Assembly: GCA_038128265.1 (NCBI GenBank)
Contig: JAYPJE010000025.1
Location: 46,073-59,824 of the forward strand
Direction of reading: 5' to 3'
Source of the DNA: Gemmatimonadota bacterium
Lineage (GTDB): Bacteria > Latescibacterota > UBA2968 > UBA8231
DNA: 13,752 bases
The translations under genes and the position numbers were made by a program. Under the pieces are notes generated by a model that did not search any database, had not been told where the DNA came from, and worked only from the letters and a program-made list of their open reading frames with translations. Positions 1 to 7,476 of the stretch are shown here, piece after piece; position 1 is the stretch's first letter, and each line of letters starts with the position of its first letter.

Positions 1-140
1 ATGACCGTTTAAACCCCTTTATGGGCACCTTGAGGGAGGGGGGGGGTTTGGGGGGTGTTGGGGTCATTTTTTAAACCCCCCCCCCCGCTACTAATCAATA
101 AAACCCGGGGCGGGCCCTTGGGCCCCCCCCGCTTTTCTCG
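1..140. other. Low-complexity homopolymer-rich segment, probably a low-quality read/contig end
   Basis: Consecutive long G, C, T and A runs (gggggggg, cccccccccc, tttttt) unlike the rest of the window; no ORF in the track. Confidence 0.6.
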
Positions 141-173
141 TATATGATGCGCACGCGTCTCGCACGTAGCGCG

Positions 174-518
174 TCACTCAACGTCGGCCTCTTCGAGCAC
201 TGCACCTTCTTCTAAGATCAGCTTTGGCGTAATCAGCTTGCCGCTAAAACGCCCACCTGCAGCAATGCGCACGCAGCGCCGAGCGCTGAGACGGCCGCTG
301 AGATGTCCGCAAATAGTCGCCTCGCCTACCTGCACGTCCTTGGCATCGACGCGCCCCTGCTCGCCTACGGTAAGCACGCCCGGCGTTTGCAGACGCGCGC
401 CGCGCAGCGCGCCGTCGACGCGCATATCGCTTGCCAACTCCAGCGTCCCTTCGAGAAGGGCGCCCGCGCCGACTACCGTCTGCCCTCCTTCCGGCTCGTT
501 TGCTCGACCTATAGCCAC
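174..518 (-). CDS. Bactofilin (polymer-forming cytoskeletal protein, DUF583/CcmA family)
   Basis: 114 aa with the beta-helix pattern TVVGAGALLEGTL...MRVDG...LTVGEQGRV...ATICGHLSGRLSA...VRIAAGGRFSGKLITPKLILEEGAVLE. The GTG start overlaps the upstream M23 gene by 10 nt, a typical M23-bactofilin arrangement. Confidence 0.92.
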   Translation of the reverse strand: MAIGRANEPEGGQTVVGAGALLEGTLELASDMRVDGALRGARLQTPGVLTVGEQGRVDAKDVQVGEATICGHLSGRLSARRCVRIAAGGRFSGKLITPKLILEEGAVLEEADVE

Positions 519-1258
519 AGTCTGTAGCTACCCGGATCGCGAAACGCGCGCCCCTCTTTCAAAGCGTAGTATAGCCCCTCGTAGGGCGCCCTGCCGCTGC
601 GACCCGACAGGGCGATATTCTGTCCCTTAATGACGTAGTCCCCTTCGACGACAAAGAGATAGCTGTTGTAGCCATAGTGGGTCTCCATCCCGTTGCCGTG
701 ATCGACGACGATAACCTGGCCCAATTCGTCGTCGTATCCAGCGCGCACCACGATGCCGCCGCCGCTCGCGCACACCGGACTGCCCTCCACCGCAGCAATA
801 ACCACGGCGGGAAATTCCTCGCTAAATGGACGCGCTAGCGGACCGGCGAGCGGCCACGCCGTGGGCACGGATTCGGCAAATCCCCACTGCAGCCGCTGAC
901 GTCCTGTGATAAGAGGCTCTCCGCTGTGCGTCGCGTTGCCCTGCGCGCCGTCTCCTTCTCTCCCGCTGAGAATCGCGCGCAGCTGTTCGTTGCTGCGCTG
1001 CAGGCGCATGAGCACTTCCTCTAGCGCATCAATCTGGCCCACTTCGGCCTCGAGCACGGCCTTTTCGCGCTCGAGATAGGCTACTGCGACTTCGAGATCG
1101 CGGGACTGAGCGTAGCCGTAGATACCCAACCCTATCAGCAAGGCGGCGATGGGCACGGTAAGTCCCACTAGCCAAGCAAGCACGCGCGGCACCTTAAACT
1201 CGTGCGTCTTACCGCCTTCTTCAGGTATGATGAGCAGGGTGAGGCGTTTTTCGAACAT
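509..1258 (-). CDS. Membrane-anchored M23/LytM family protein with coiled coil; Zn ligands degenerate
   Basis: N-terminal cytoplasmic segment, TM helix (LAWLVGLTVPIAALLIGLGIYGY), coiled coil, then a LytM fold (WPLAG...GSPVCASGGGIVVRAG...GQVIVVDHGNGMETHYG...EGDYVIKGQNIALSGRSG...DP). HxxxD is read as FPAVV and HxH as GLY. Confidence 0.9.
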   Translation of the reverse strand: MFEKRLTLLIIPEEGGKTHEFKVPRVLAWLVGLTVPIAALLIGLGIYGYAQSRDLEVAVAYLEREKAVLEAEVGQIDALEEVLMRLQRSNEQLRAILSGREGDGAQGNATHSGEPLITGRQRLQWGFAESVPTAWPLAGPLARPFSEEFPAVVIAAVEGSPVCASGGGIVVRAGYDDELGQVIVVDHGNGMETHYGYNSYLFVVEGDYVIKGQNIALSGRSGRAPYEGLYYALKEGRAFRDPGSYRLWL

Positions 1259-1268
1259 GGGACGGTAT

Positions 1269-1568
1269 TCAGATCTCTATATCGAGCAGCGCACCGAGCA
1301 TATCGTCCTGCGTCTGCACGGCGCGCACGCCGGCCGCAAAGGCCTTGGCCGAGTCGATCTGCACGACGGCTTCGCGCACGGGATCGCTCAGAGCACCCAA
1401 CTGCGTCTGCGAGGCCACGCCTCCATCGCCGAGCTGGTGACCGCTCGTGCGCAGGCGCGCAGCCTCTGCTTCGCTCGTGGTCGCATTGGCCGTATTGTGG
1501 GCAGAAGAGTTGAGGCGCTGCTGCTGGTGCTGTAGGCCCGTTGCGCTAATGTGGAGTGCTCTAATCAT
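1269..1568 (-). CDS. Small flagellar basal-body rod/hook-like protein (N- and C-terminal D0 helices only)
   Basis: N-terminus ALHISATGL..QQQRLNSSAHNTAN matches the Flg_bb_rod SGL...ANNIAN motif. C-terminus DPVREAVVQI...AFAAGVRAVQTQDDMLGALLDI matches the rod/hook C-terminal motif. Only 99 aa. Confidence 0.85.
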   Translation of the reverse strand: MIRALHISATGLQHQQQRLNSSAHNTANATTSEAEAARLRTSGHQLGDGGVASQTQLGALSDPVREAVVQIDSAKAFAAGVRAVQTQDDMLGALLDIEI

Positions 1569-1581
1569 GATTCTATTGGTT

Positions 1582-1609
1582 TGATCGGCAGAAAGTACGC
1601 CAAGCTATA
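1582..1609 (-). promoter_or_regulatory. Putative sigma28 (FliA/SigD)-type promoter
   Basis: Minus strand TATA-N16-GCCGATCA versus consensus TAAA-N15/16-GCCGATAA, 13 nt upstream of the ATG of the flagellar rod-like gene. Confidence 0.5.
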
Positions 1610-1624
1610 ACGGCCGGCAAGCAA

Positions 1625-2227
1625 TTAGGGCAGCCCCTGACGGTCGAGCTCGTTGTGAACCAAGGTGATGCACTGGGACGCAAAGAGCATTTTGGGACCC
1701 GCGCTCAGCGCGCGCGCGCCGAGGCGCAAGAGAAACTTATCGGCCTTTTTCGGCATGGATAAATGATCGGAAAACACAAAGGTCGACTGCGCGGAAAAGG
1801 GCGTCTCGCGCATATCGCCTCCCCGCTTTTGCAGCAGGTATATATCCCCCGACGCACACTGCTGACGCACGAGTGCTTCAAAGCTGCGCTTGGCCACGTA
1901 GACGCCGGCGCGCGATTCGACCTCCTCATCCAGGGCTAGGGCGCGCCCGTCGGCTAGCGCCTGGCGCACAACAGAAGCGAGGGCACGCTCGTCGAATCCG
2001 CCGAGTGAACCCAGCCCATCGCTCTCGATACGCACGGTTTTAGGCGGCGCCGCCGGGCCGTCAAAAACGATGTGCAGCCGCACGTTTTCGCGCAGCTGCA
2101 GCGAGTAGAACAGGGCGTTGGCCACGCAGTGACAGACGATTTCTAGGTGACCCGCTGCGGGCAGATCCTCTAGTGAAAAATCGGGAGTAGATGGTCCCTT
2201 GCGGGCACGCAGTATAAACTCTCTCAT
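1625..2227 (-). CDS. trmY: TrmY-family SPOUT methyltransferase (tRNA pseudouridine-54 N1-methyltransferase-like, bacterial type)
   Basis: 200 aa from ATG 2227 (MREFILRARKGP). Motifs LGGFDER, FVFSDHLSMPKK and SAGPKMLFASQCITLVHNELD are characteristic of TrmY/DUF358. The 65-codon 5' extension in the ORF track is not family-like. Confidence 0.9.
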   Translation of the reverse strand: MREFILRARKGPSTPDFSLEDLPAAGHLEIVCHCVANALFYSLQLRENVRLHIVFDGPAAPPKTVRIESDGLGSLGGFDERALASVVRQALADGRALALDEEVESRAGVYVAKRSFEALVRQQCASGDIYLLQKRGGDMRETPFSAQSTFVFSDHLSMPKKADKFLLRLGARALSAGPKMLFASQCITLVHNELDRQGLP

Positions 2228-2310
2228 ACATTGACCGTTGGTAAATGCTCCTGTGAACCTACCATACAGCGGCGCTACATGGGGCGCACCGTTCCCACCA
2301 GACAAAGACC

Positions 2311-2339
2311 TTGGATGGCCACAACGGCCAGCGTATATT
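2311..2339 (+). promoter_or_regulatory. Putative sigma70 promoter, possibly giving a leaderless mRNA
   Basis: TTGGAT(2311-2316)-N17-TATATT(2334-2339), followed after 6 nt by ATG 2346; no Shine-Dalgarno. Confidence 0.55.
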
Positions 2340-2345
2340 AGCCCA

Positions 2346-4628
2346 ATGCTCACACACCGCCCGTGGCTTCTTGTCTGCGCGCTGCTCGTGGTCCAACCGC
2401 TGGCCGCCGAGCGTCTGACCATACAACCCGACGAAATCTGGACGAATTGGTCCTACCCACCCGGAGCGCTAGCCCTGCGCGGCGGAGCGCTGCAGCCCGT
2501 CCTACTGCAAAAAAACGTCAATCCGCTGGTTCAAGCCACCGTGCGCGGTGCCGGTGACGCGCTTTCTCAAGCACCAAACGCCTTTGACGGCAATCGACAA
2601 ACGGGCTGGAGTCCGCGCAGCGCCGACCCGGCCTCGTGGTGGCTGGAAATCGACCTCGGACAGGTGCTGCCCGCCCAGCAGCTGCGCCTGCTCTTTGATC
2701 CAGACGAAGCACCGCTGTCGTTTTTCACCATTTCCTTTTCCAAAGGCGAGCGCTTTATCAACAGCGCCAACGTCGTCGTCGAAGGCACCCTGCTCTACAG
2801 CCACAGCCAGCGCTTTGCCTTCAACGAGGCGCACGAGCTAACCGTCGACCTGGCCGACGAACTCGTGCGCGTAGTGCGCATCGAAGCCGATCGCGCTCCT
2901 GCCGGTCTGCCGCGCCTGCTCGAAATGGAAATGCGCGCCTACGGCGACAACATTGCCCTCGGCCTAGTCGAGCGCGGCGGCAGCGTCGACGTAGAGGCCG
3001 CTATCGTTGCGGTGGCCGGCACGCCCACCGTGATGTTTGACGGCGACCTGTCAACAATGTGGCGCGTCAATCCGCTGGCCAAGGGATCGAGTGGCGGCAG
3101 TGAAACCTTTGGCGACTACCGCGTCGACCTCGGTGCGACGTATCGCATTGATTCGCTGTGGTTTCTCGGCGAACCGCTCGGCGTACCGCCGCGCCTGCGC
3201 CACTTTTACGCCAACTTCCTGTCCTATAAAGTGCTCTACTCCGACGGCTCGTTAGCACCCGACGGATCCCTGGCCTGGCACGAGCTAGTCGCAGTGCCAA
3301 CCGACCAGAAAAACCTGCTGCAAAACCGCAACTTTCACCACGAGTTCGCGCCGACAGCCGCGCGTTATGTGCGCCTGTTTTACCCGACCAGCGAAGGGGG
3401 CAATATCATCGGCGGCGGACTGAGCGCCAGCAGCGTGCGCCTCGATGGATTGGGTCTGGTCAGCGAGTTCCAGGTATATGGCGAGGGCTATCCCGCCCGC
3501 ATCGTCCTGCGTTCGCCCGTAATCGACCTAGGAGCCGATTGGAATATAACAGCTCTCGACTGGCAGGCGGACGCGCGAACCGATGCCCGCCTGCTCGTGC
3601 GCAGCCGCAGCGGAGACGAAGTGGTCGAGGAAAACCACTACTTCGACAAGAACGGCAAGGAAGTGACAGCATCGCGCTACGAAAAACTCATCGCCTCGTT
3701 TCGCGGACCCATCGAAACCATCCTGCAACCGGGCGACGGTTGGAGTCCGTGGAGTGAAGCCTACACCACATCGAGCAGCCTCTTTCGCTCCCCTTCGCCG
3801 CGGCGCTATTTTCAGCTCGAGCTGGAACTACTCTCCGACCAGCCGCAGGCGCGCGTGGCCCTGTTCGAGCTCGGCGTCGAATACGCGCGGCCTCTGGCCG
3901 GCTCCGCCGTGGGCGAAGTGCAGCCGGCCCAGGTCGAACCCGGCCAACCCACCCTATTTACATACTACCTGCAGCCGCGCATGCAGAATACCAGCCAGGG
4001 GTTTGGACGCATCGCCTTGGAATCGTCTATCCCCGTGCGCTTTACCGAACTGCGCCTCAACGGCGCGCCCGTAACAGCCACATTGAAAGAGGAAGCCGAC
4101 GGCTTTCACCTCGAATTGGACAGGAGCGTGCGCACCGACGCGCTCGTAGAAATCGACTTTGAGGCCACAGTGTATCAAAACAATACGCGCTTTCGCGCCG
4201 TCCTCGAACGCGAGAGTGCAGACGGCACTACGCGGCAGCGGGTCGATTCTGGCGATGCCATGCCCGCGCTGGACGGTTCCGGCGACGCGGTGGCTCTACC
4301 CGTCGACGACGAGGTGATTGCAGATCTTCTGGTGCCGCGCGTATTCACGCCCAACGGGGACGGCATCAACGACGCGCTGTCGATCGAGTTTAACGTGCTC
4401 AAAATCCTCGACCCACGCCCCGTTCGCGCAGCCATCTACGACCTGCAGGGACGCCGAGTGCGCTCCCTGCGCACTGAAGCCGGTTTGGCTGGACGCTACC
4501 GGCTAACCTGGAATGGCGACGATAAAAGCGGTCGGCGGGTAACACCAGGGCTCTATCTATTTCGCCTGCGCATTGAGGGTGACTCCGCAACGCACGGCCA
4601 GGTCCGCCCGGTATCTGTCAGCTACTAG
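2346..4628 (+). CDS. Secreted protein with two discoidin/F5-8 type C-like domains and a C-terminal FlgD-Ig / gliding-motility CTD-like domain
   Basis: Signal peptide MLTHRPWLLVCALLVVQPLAA; NAFDGNRQTGW...WLEIDLG and MFDGDLSTMW...VDLG...ARYVRL discoidin-like motifs; C-terminal VFTPNGDGINDAL...IYDLQGRRVRSL...WNGDDKSGRRVTPGLYLFRL. 760 aa from ATG 2346. Confidence 0.85.
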   Translation: MLTHRPWLLVCALLVVQPLAAERLTIQPDEIWTNWSYPPGALALRGGALQPVLLQKNVNPLVQATVRGAGDALSQAPNAFDGNRQTGWSPRSADPASWWLEIDLGQVLPAQQLRLLFDPDEAPLSFFTISFSKGERFINSANVVVEGTLLYSHSQRFAFNEAHELTVDLADELVRVVRIEADRAPAGLPRLLEMEMRAYGDNIALGLVERGGSVDVEAAIVAVAGTPTVMFDGDLSTMWRVNPLAKGSSGGSETFGDYRVDLGATYRIDSLWFLGEPLGVPPRLRHFYANFLSYKVLYSDGSLAPDGSLAWHELVAVPTDQKNLLQNRNFHHEFAPTAARYVRLFYPTSEGGNIIGGGLSASSVRLDGLGLVSEFQVYGEGYPARIVLRSPVIDLGADWNITALDWQADARTDARLLVRSRSGDEVVEENHYFDKNGKEVTASRYEKLIASFRGPIETILQPGDGWSPWSEAYTTSSSLFRSPSPRRYFQLELELLSDQPQARVALFELGVEYARPLAGSAVGEVQPAQVEPGQPTLFTYYLQPRMQNTSQGFGRIALESSIPVRFTELRLNGAPVTATLKEEADGFHLELDRSVRTDALVEIDFEATVYQNNTRFRAVLERESADGTTRQRVDSGDAMPALDGSGDAVALPVDDEVIADLLVPRVFTPNGDGINDALSIEFNVLKILDPRPVRAAIYDLQGRRVRSLRTEAGLAGRYRLTWNGDDKSGRRVTPGLYLFRLRIEGDSATHGQVRPVSVSY

Positions 4629-4635
4629 CGCGGCA

Positions 4636-5394
4636 CTACTGTCCGTCCGAGCTTTCAGCGCGCTCTAATATCTGGTACAAGCGCCGGTTTATGGCCTCCT
4701 GAGAGCCGTACACTTCCTCAATTAACGCGTTTCGTGTCTTGCCCTCATCCAATTCGCGCAGGCGAAACGATAAATCGTCGCGCGATGGACTGCGGCCCAG
4801 CGCCGCGCGATAGACGGCCCGCACAAAAGCCTCCCCTTCCAGGCGATCGACACGCTCGGCCGGCGTCTCGACAAAGGCGCGCAGCGTCTTGCTAAGACTG
4901 GCGGCCAGCCACGCCTTTTCGCCCGTGGGCTTGCCCAGCATCTGACGCAGCGACACCTGCTCTCCGTTTAACACGAGCCCGTCATCGGCCGACGCCCCTT
5001 CCGCCCAGCGCGCCAGGGCGCGCGCCCATTCGGCGAAGTGGAGACGGCGTTCCTCGTCGACTTGCCAACTGCGCGTCAACACATCGACGGCCGGATAGCC
5101 GGGATAGGTTCCCTCGCCAATTGCGCGCACGAGCAGAGCCATATTTTCCTCCGCTTTATAGTGCGATACTGCGTCAAATCGCGATATCAGCGCGCGCACG
5201 TGGCGCACCCACGGCTCGACCTGTTCCACATCGACCATCGCGTCGATCGCGCGCATTTCACCGTCGTAGTGCGCCTGGTCATACAGCACGTTGCGCCACG
5301 CCGCGGCCGCCCCTTCCAGCGGTGTGTCGGCTCTACACTCAACCTGCAGCAGCCCCATAGCAGCCGCGCACAATGCGATCGCCTTCGCTCTCAT
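4636..5394 (-). CDS. Exported hypothetical protein with C-terminal DUF4214-like helical motif
   Basis: 252 aa; SD-like GGGGGTG before ATG; signal-peptide-like N-terminus; C-terminal FVRAVYRAALGRSP...L..GKTRNALI...GSQEA resembles DUF4214. Confidence 0.7.
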   Translation of the reverse strand: MRAKAIALCAAAMGLLQVECRADTPLEGAAAAWRNVLYDQAHYDGEMRAIDAMVDVEQVEPWVRHVRALISRFDAVSHYKAEENMALLVRAIGEGTYPGYPAVDVLTRSWQVDEERRLHFAEWARALARWAEGASADDGLVLNGEQVSLRQMLGKPTGEKAWLAASLSKTLRAFVETPAERVDRLEGEAFVRAVYRAALGRSPSRDDLSFRLRELDEGKTRNALIEEVYGSQEAINRRLYQILERAESSDGQ

Positions 5395-5431
5395 ATCGTC
5401 ACCCCCGTTTGCGTTGGCTCAAATGAGCGAT

Positions 5432-6511
5432 TCACACTTCCGGCACGCCGTCTGTTCGGCGCCGATGGCCTTCTAAATAACGTCCCGACAGCAGGTCGGC
5501 TGCCGTCCAGCCCAGCTTGCCGTAGCGAATGGTGCCGTAGCGCACCAGCCCTTCGTCGCAGAAAGGCCGCACGTTGTCGATATCCATCCAAATGCGCAGT
5601 AGCAGCCGCTTGCGCTGCTCTTCGTCGACGGGGTCGTGGCCAGCGCGTCCGTGAAACACGGTGTAGTTGTTGCAGAAGGCGATATCGCCGCGGTGCAGCG
5701 GAAAGCTAAAGCAGCTTTCAGAGGCAACCTCTTGTATGAAGCGAAAGAGGTCCGCCTCTTCTTCCGTCAGCTCCTGTCCCAACTCCTGCATGCCGGTGCG
5801 CGACCAGCCGGCGTTAAAGCGGCAGCTGAGTACGCCCTCGGCATAGCTATAGCCCGGCACCTTGTAGTTGGAAACCGGCGGCTCGTCTCTGCTGTTCTCC
5901 GAGCGGCGCGTCCATACGAACCCTTCGTAGAGACGCGGCAGCCACTCGGGATGCTGGCGGAGAAGTTCGTTGTATATGTGCATAGCCGACGCCACGGTGC
6001 TGTGCGGATCGTCCGGCGCCTGGCGCACGCAGCACAGCGCAACGCAGTCGGCCAAGTCGATGTGCAACCCAACTGGACCGGGATTGCCGACTCCGCGCGT
6101 GCCCATCTGCGGCCGCAGCTTGCCATCGGTGACGCAATGAATGAGCCCGGCTTCGCTGTTTTGCGTGACACCCGTGCCCAGATGCGCACACAGACCCCAG
6201 TACATTTTCTCGACGTCTTCCAGTTCGTACCCGTCAACGGGGAAACCGCGCACGGCGGCAAACCCTCGCCCATCGCGCAGTTCGCTCAGCAGGCTGGCCA
6301 GATCCTGGACCAGCGATGGCAGGGGAAAATTCGCGCGCGTAATCTCGGCCAGCTGCAGTCCGCGTCGCTTGCTCTCGCGCAGAGCGCGGTCTAGGTCATC
6401 GACCTGTTCGGCACTCAACCTGTAGCACCACGACGTATCGACCTCCAGGTCTGCACCCGTCCAAACGCTGGGTCCCTCGACCGGCTCTCTCAGAATATCC
6501 ACCTCAGCCAC
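5432..6511 (-). CDS. TauD/TfdA (clavaminate synthase-like) Fe(II)/2-oxoglutarate dioxygenase
   Basis: GPSVWTG...NFPLP...GRGFAAVRGFP, H-x-D (LHIDLAD), GDIAFCNNYTVFHGR and RLLLRIW motifs. Start uncertain (TTG 6514, GTG 6511 or GTG 6502); overlaps or abuts the upstream gene stop. Confidence 0.92.
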   Translation of the reverse strand: MAEVDILREPVEGPSVWTGADLEVDTSWCYRLSAEQVDDLDRALRESKRRGLQLAEITRANFPLPSLVQDLASLLSELRDGRGFAAVRGFPVDGYELEDVEKMYWGLCAHLGTGVTQNSEAGLIHCVTDGKLRPQMGTRGVGNPGPVGLHIDLADCVALCCVRQAPDDPHSTVASAMHIYNELLRQHPEWLPRLYEGFVWTRRSENSRDEPPVSNYKVPGYSYAEGVLSCRFNAGWSRTGMQELGQELTEEEADLFRFIQEVASESCFSFPLHRGDIAFCNNYTVFHGRAGHDPVDEEQRKRLLLRIWMDIDNVRPFCDEGLVRYGTIRYGKLGWTAADLLSGRYLEGHRRRTDGVPEV

Positions 6512-7289
6512 CAACCTCTTGCCAATGGCGCTGTGCTGCCGCCTGCACCTGCTCGACGTCCCAGCGCTCTAACGCCGTATAGTGACCGCTCTTGGCATCT
6601 GCGCGAAACGTCGGGTTCGATGCCGCGCTGTAGCAACAAATGAGCGCCCAGCGCGAACGCTCGCTCTCGTTTGGATCGGAACGGTGTAGCAGGTTGCTGT
6701 GAAAAAACAGCAGCGTGCCCGGCTCCATCTCGCAGTAGACCCGCTCCAGCTTCTGCTCCACCTCGCGCACGCGCTCCATATCGGCACCGGTCTGATCACC
6801 GGTCTTACCGTGCTCTAAGCGCCCGAGCTTATGCGAGCCTTTGAGTACCTGCAAGCAGCCGTTTTCGCGACTGGCTCGATCGACGGCAATCATGCACGAG
6901 GCCATATCGGCCGAGAGGAAATTAGCATACCAGTATCCATAGTCCTGATGCCACTCCCAGGCACCGCCCACCTTGGGCTCTTTGAGCATCATTTTATGGT
7001 GGTAATGGAAGACCTCGCCGCCTATGAGCTGTTCCATCGGCTCGACGATGGCGCGATGCTGGACATAGGCGCTATACACGCTGGCGGGCAAATCGTAGCG
7101 CAGCGATAGCCGGCTTACTTTTCCCGTGCTGTCTAACCGATCGTTTGCATTCTCCTGCAGCGCCTGATCTGCGCGCGCAATATCCAGCATGAGATCCATG
7201 TCTTGGCGCGGAAAAAACGCCGGCAGCAGCAGAAAACCATCGTCCCAATACTGCGCGACCTGTGCTGCGCTCAATGCGTAATCTGTCAT
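6504..7289 (-). CDS. Phytanoyl-CoA dioxygenase (PhyH) family Fe/2OG oxygenase, ectoine/proline hydroxylase-like clade
   Basis: QYWDDGFLL, HKMMLKEPKVGGAWEWHQDYGYW, ENGCLQVLKGSH, GTLLFFHSNLLHRSDPNESERSR; strong SD GGGGAGG upstream. Confidence 0.93.
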   Translation of the reverse strand: MTDYALSAAQVAQYWDDGFLLLPAFFPRQDMDLMLDIARADQALQENANDRLDSTGKVSRLSLRYDLPASVYSAYVQHRAIVEPMEQLIGGEVFHYHHKMMLKEPKVGGAWEWHQDYGYWYANFLSADMASCMIAVDRASRENGCLQVLKGSHKLGRLEHGKTGDQTGADMERVREVEQKLERVYCEMEPGTLLFFHSNLLHRSDPNESERSRWALICCYSAASNPTFRADAKSGHYTALERWDVEQVQAAAQRHWQEVGG

Positions 7290-7336
7290 GTGCCCTCCCC
7301 CGTTGGCCGGCGTGCTGTGCAGTGCGTTCGCCGTCT

Positions 7337-7365
7337 AATCTGACAAGAACTGCAGGGCAATACAA
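7337..7365 (-). promoter_or_regulatory. Putative sigma70 promoter for the leftward phyH-tauD-DUF4214 operon
   Basis: Minus strand TTGTAT-N17-CAGATT with TG at the extended -10 position, in the divergent intergenic region. Confidence 0.35.
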
Positions 7366-7404
7366 CTCCCACCGTGCACCAGACCGAGCCGGGCGCCAGT
7401 CTAT

Positions 7405-7433
7405 TTGGCCGCGCACGGCCCGCGACTTATTTT
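7405..7433 (+). promoter_or_regulatory. Putative sigma70 promoter for the rightward phyH-phosphotransferase operon
   Basis: TTGGCC-N17-TATTTT, same layout as the motif at 2311-2339. Confidence 0.4.
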
Positions 7434-7476
7434 TTGCAGCCGCACACACGCGCACATACAGCCCACGGACGGCCCC

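Noticed and set aside
1..140. G-run/C-run region as a G-quadruplex, terminator or phase-variable tract
   Set aside because: Runs of all four bases at the sequence edge look like degraded base calls; cannot be trusted without read data.
2228..2422. 5' extensions of trmY (to 2422) and of the secreted protein (from 2238) giving overlapping divergent ORFs
   Set aside because: Family-like sequence begins at ATG 2227 and the signal peptide at ATG 2346; the interval is a normal divergent promoter region.
4320..4628. FlgD-like domain as evidence of a flagellar gene cluster with the mini-rod gene
   Set aside because: This Ig-like tail is a common C-terminal module of secreted proteins and does not indicate a hook-cap protein.
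5038..6394. Long plus-strand ORFs 5038-5709 and 5636-6394
   Set aside because: Antisense shadows of real genes, expected in GC-rich DNA; no recognisable motifs.
6504..7289. Assignment as ectoine hydroxylase ectD
   Set aside because: WHQDYGYW differs from the EctD signature (WHSDFETWH) and no ectABC genes are nearby.
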